This document shows positions 63,011 to 64,000 of a stretch of 64,000 bases of DNA, one piece after another. The stretch comes from Styela clava (lineage: Eukaryota): positions 5,146,001 through 5,210,000 of the forward strand of contig NC_135258.1 of NCBI RefSeq assembly GCF_964204865.1. Reading direction: 5' to 3'. The notes beneath the pieces are model-generated. The model was not told the DNA's origin and did not search any database. It saw nothing but the letters and a program-made list of their open reading frames with translations. Made by a program: the position numbers and the translations under genes. Numbering within the stretch: the first letter of the stretch is position 1; each line of letters begins with the position of its first letter.

Positions 63011-64000
63011 GAGTAAATTGTGTTTATAATTCTTGTTAAATTCAACTTGTATGCTTTGGGGCTTTTCGTTATTACACGATTTGTAATACATATTTTATAC
63101 ATAAGGTTTTCTCCTTTTCTAAAAATGCTTTCGTTCAGCTATATTTGTTTTCGTTTTCTTACTTGCTTGTACAGACACCTATTCGCAGCGAAATGCGTAT
63201 AAAAACTTCGTTTATCAAACACGCACAAGACAAACATAGCTCATAATCATACAGCATCAATAAAACCCCGTAACCATAAATAGTTACCCTGTCATTACCG
63301 AGTAAAACTTTGAAATGCTAAGAACAGGTTTTGCTACGATAGTGCATCGTCAATGTCAAAACAAACTGTAATAATAGGTTACATTCGTCTTGTAAGTCGT
63401 TGGCGAAAAAGTTGAGGAATTAAACGCTAATGTGAGGTCTAATAATAGAGTACTGGGCATTGGGTACTCCCGAAGTATGTGAACCAAGATGACGGACACC
63501 GGAACGTAGTATGTGTACCAGGTTAGGCCATAATTTTATTACAATTTTTCTTATTTTAATTCTATTACGAGTGCCAAGTGACTCCCGTAGTATTTGTACG
63601 CTAATGTGAGGTGTAATAGGCGGGTATTGTGTACTGAACTGGAAGTCCTTTTGGCTGTTTAATAAGCCATATCTTGTTTTGTCCGAAGAAGTTAAACATT
63701 GATCTAACGAAAGTATACAAATATACTTGCTATTTCGTGGAGAGCGATTATGTTATTCTAAGAATTATACGCTGTTGGGTTAGTTTGAGCAGGGCGTTCA
63801 TTAAAATTCAGCGTTAGGCAGGATTAGAATTTGTTTGTTTATCATTTATTTGATACACTAAAAAGTCCTGTCGGTGTTTCGACGCAGTCATTTTACTCCG
63901 AAAGTCCAGTAATCGCTATTAATTAACGGTGGATCGTCGTAATTGGCGCTAAATATAAAGAATGAGAAATAAAGAAAATGTCATTTATTTGAAAGTAGAA

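Overview
AT-rich, intron-containing animal genomic DNA. The gene content, short introns and MITE-dense intergenic DNA suggest an ascidian/tunicate, but that is inference. Genes: (1) a minus-strand serpin (6132->3950) with a signal peptide, a GC-AG intron and two tandem alternative reactive-centre-loop (RCL) exons. One is inhibitory (P1-P1' Arg-Ser, frame-broken at a T7 run); the other is non-inhibitory, HSP47-like and ends in HDEL. (2) A tandem pair of C2H2 zinc-finger genes: an intact 9-finger copy and a frameshifted copy. (3) A six-exon SLC7/LAT-family amino-acid transporter light chain (36405-44609). The rest is repetitive: a decayed L1/Tx1-type LINE joined to an L2/Crack-type 3' end, a Penelope-like remnant carrying a minimal hammerhead ribozyme (1967-2010), many hAT, Tc1 and Helentron-type non-autonomous elements (several with perfect target-site duplications, TSDs), several minisatellite arrays, an 0.86-kb tandem duplication with a templated inverted junction, and a roughly 12-kb mosaic triplication. 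No rRNA, tRNA or CRISPR array was found.
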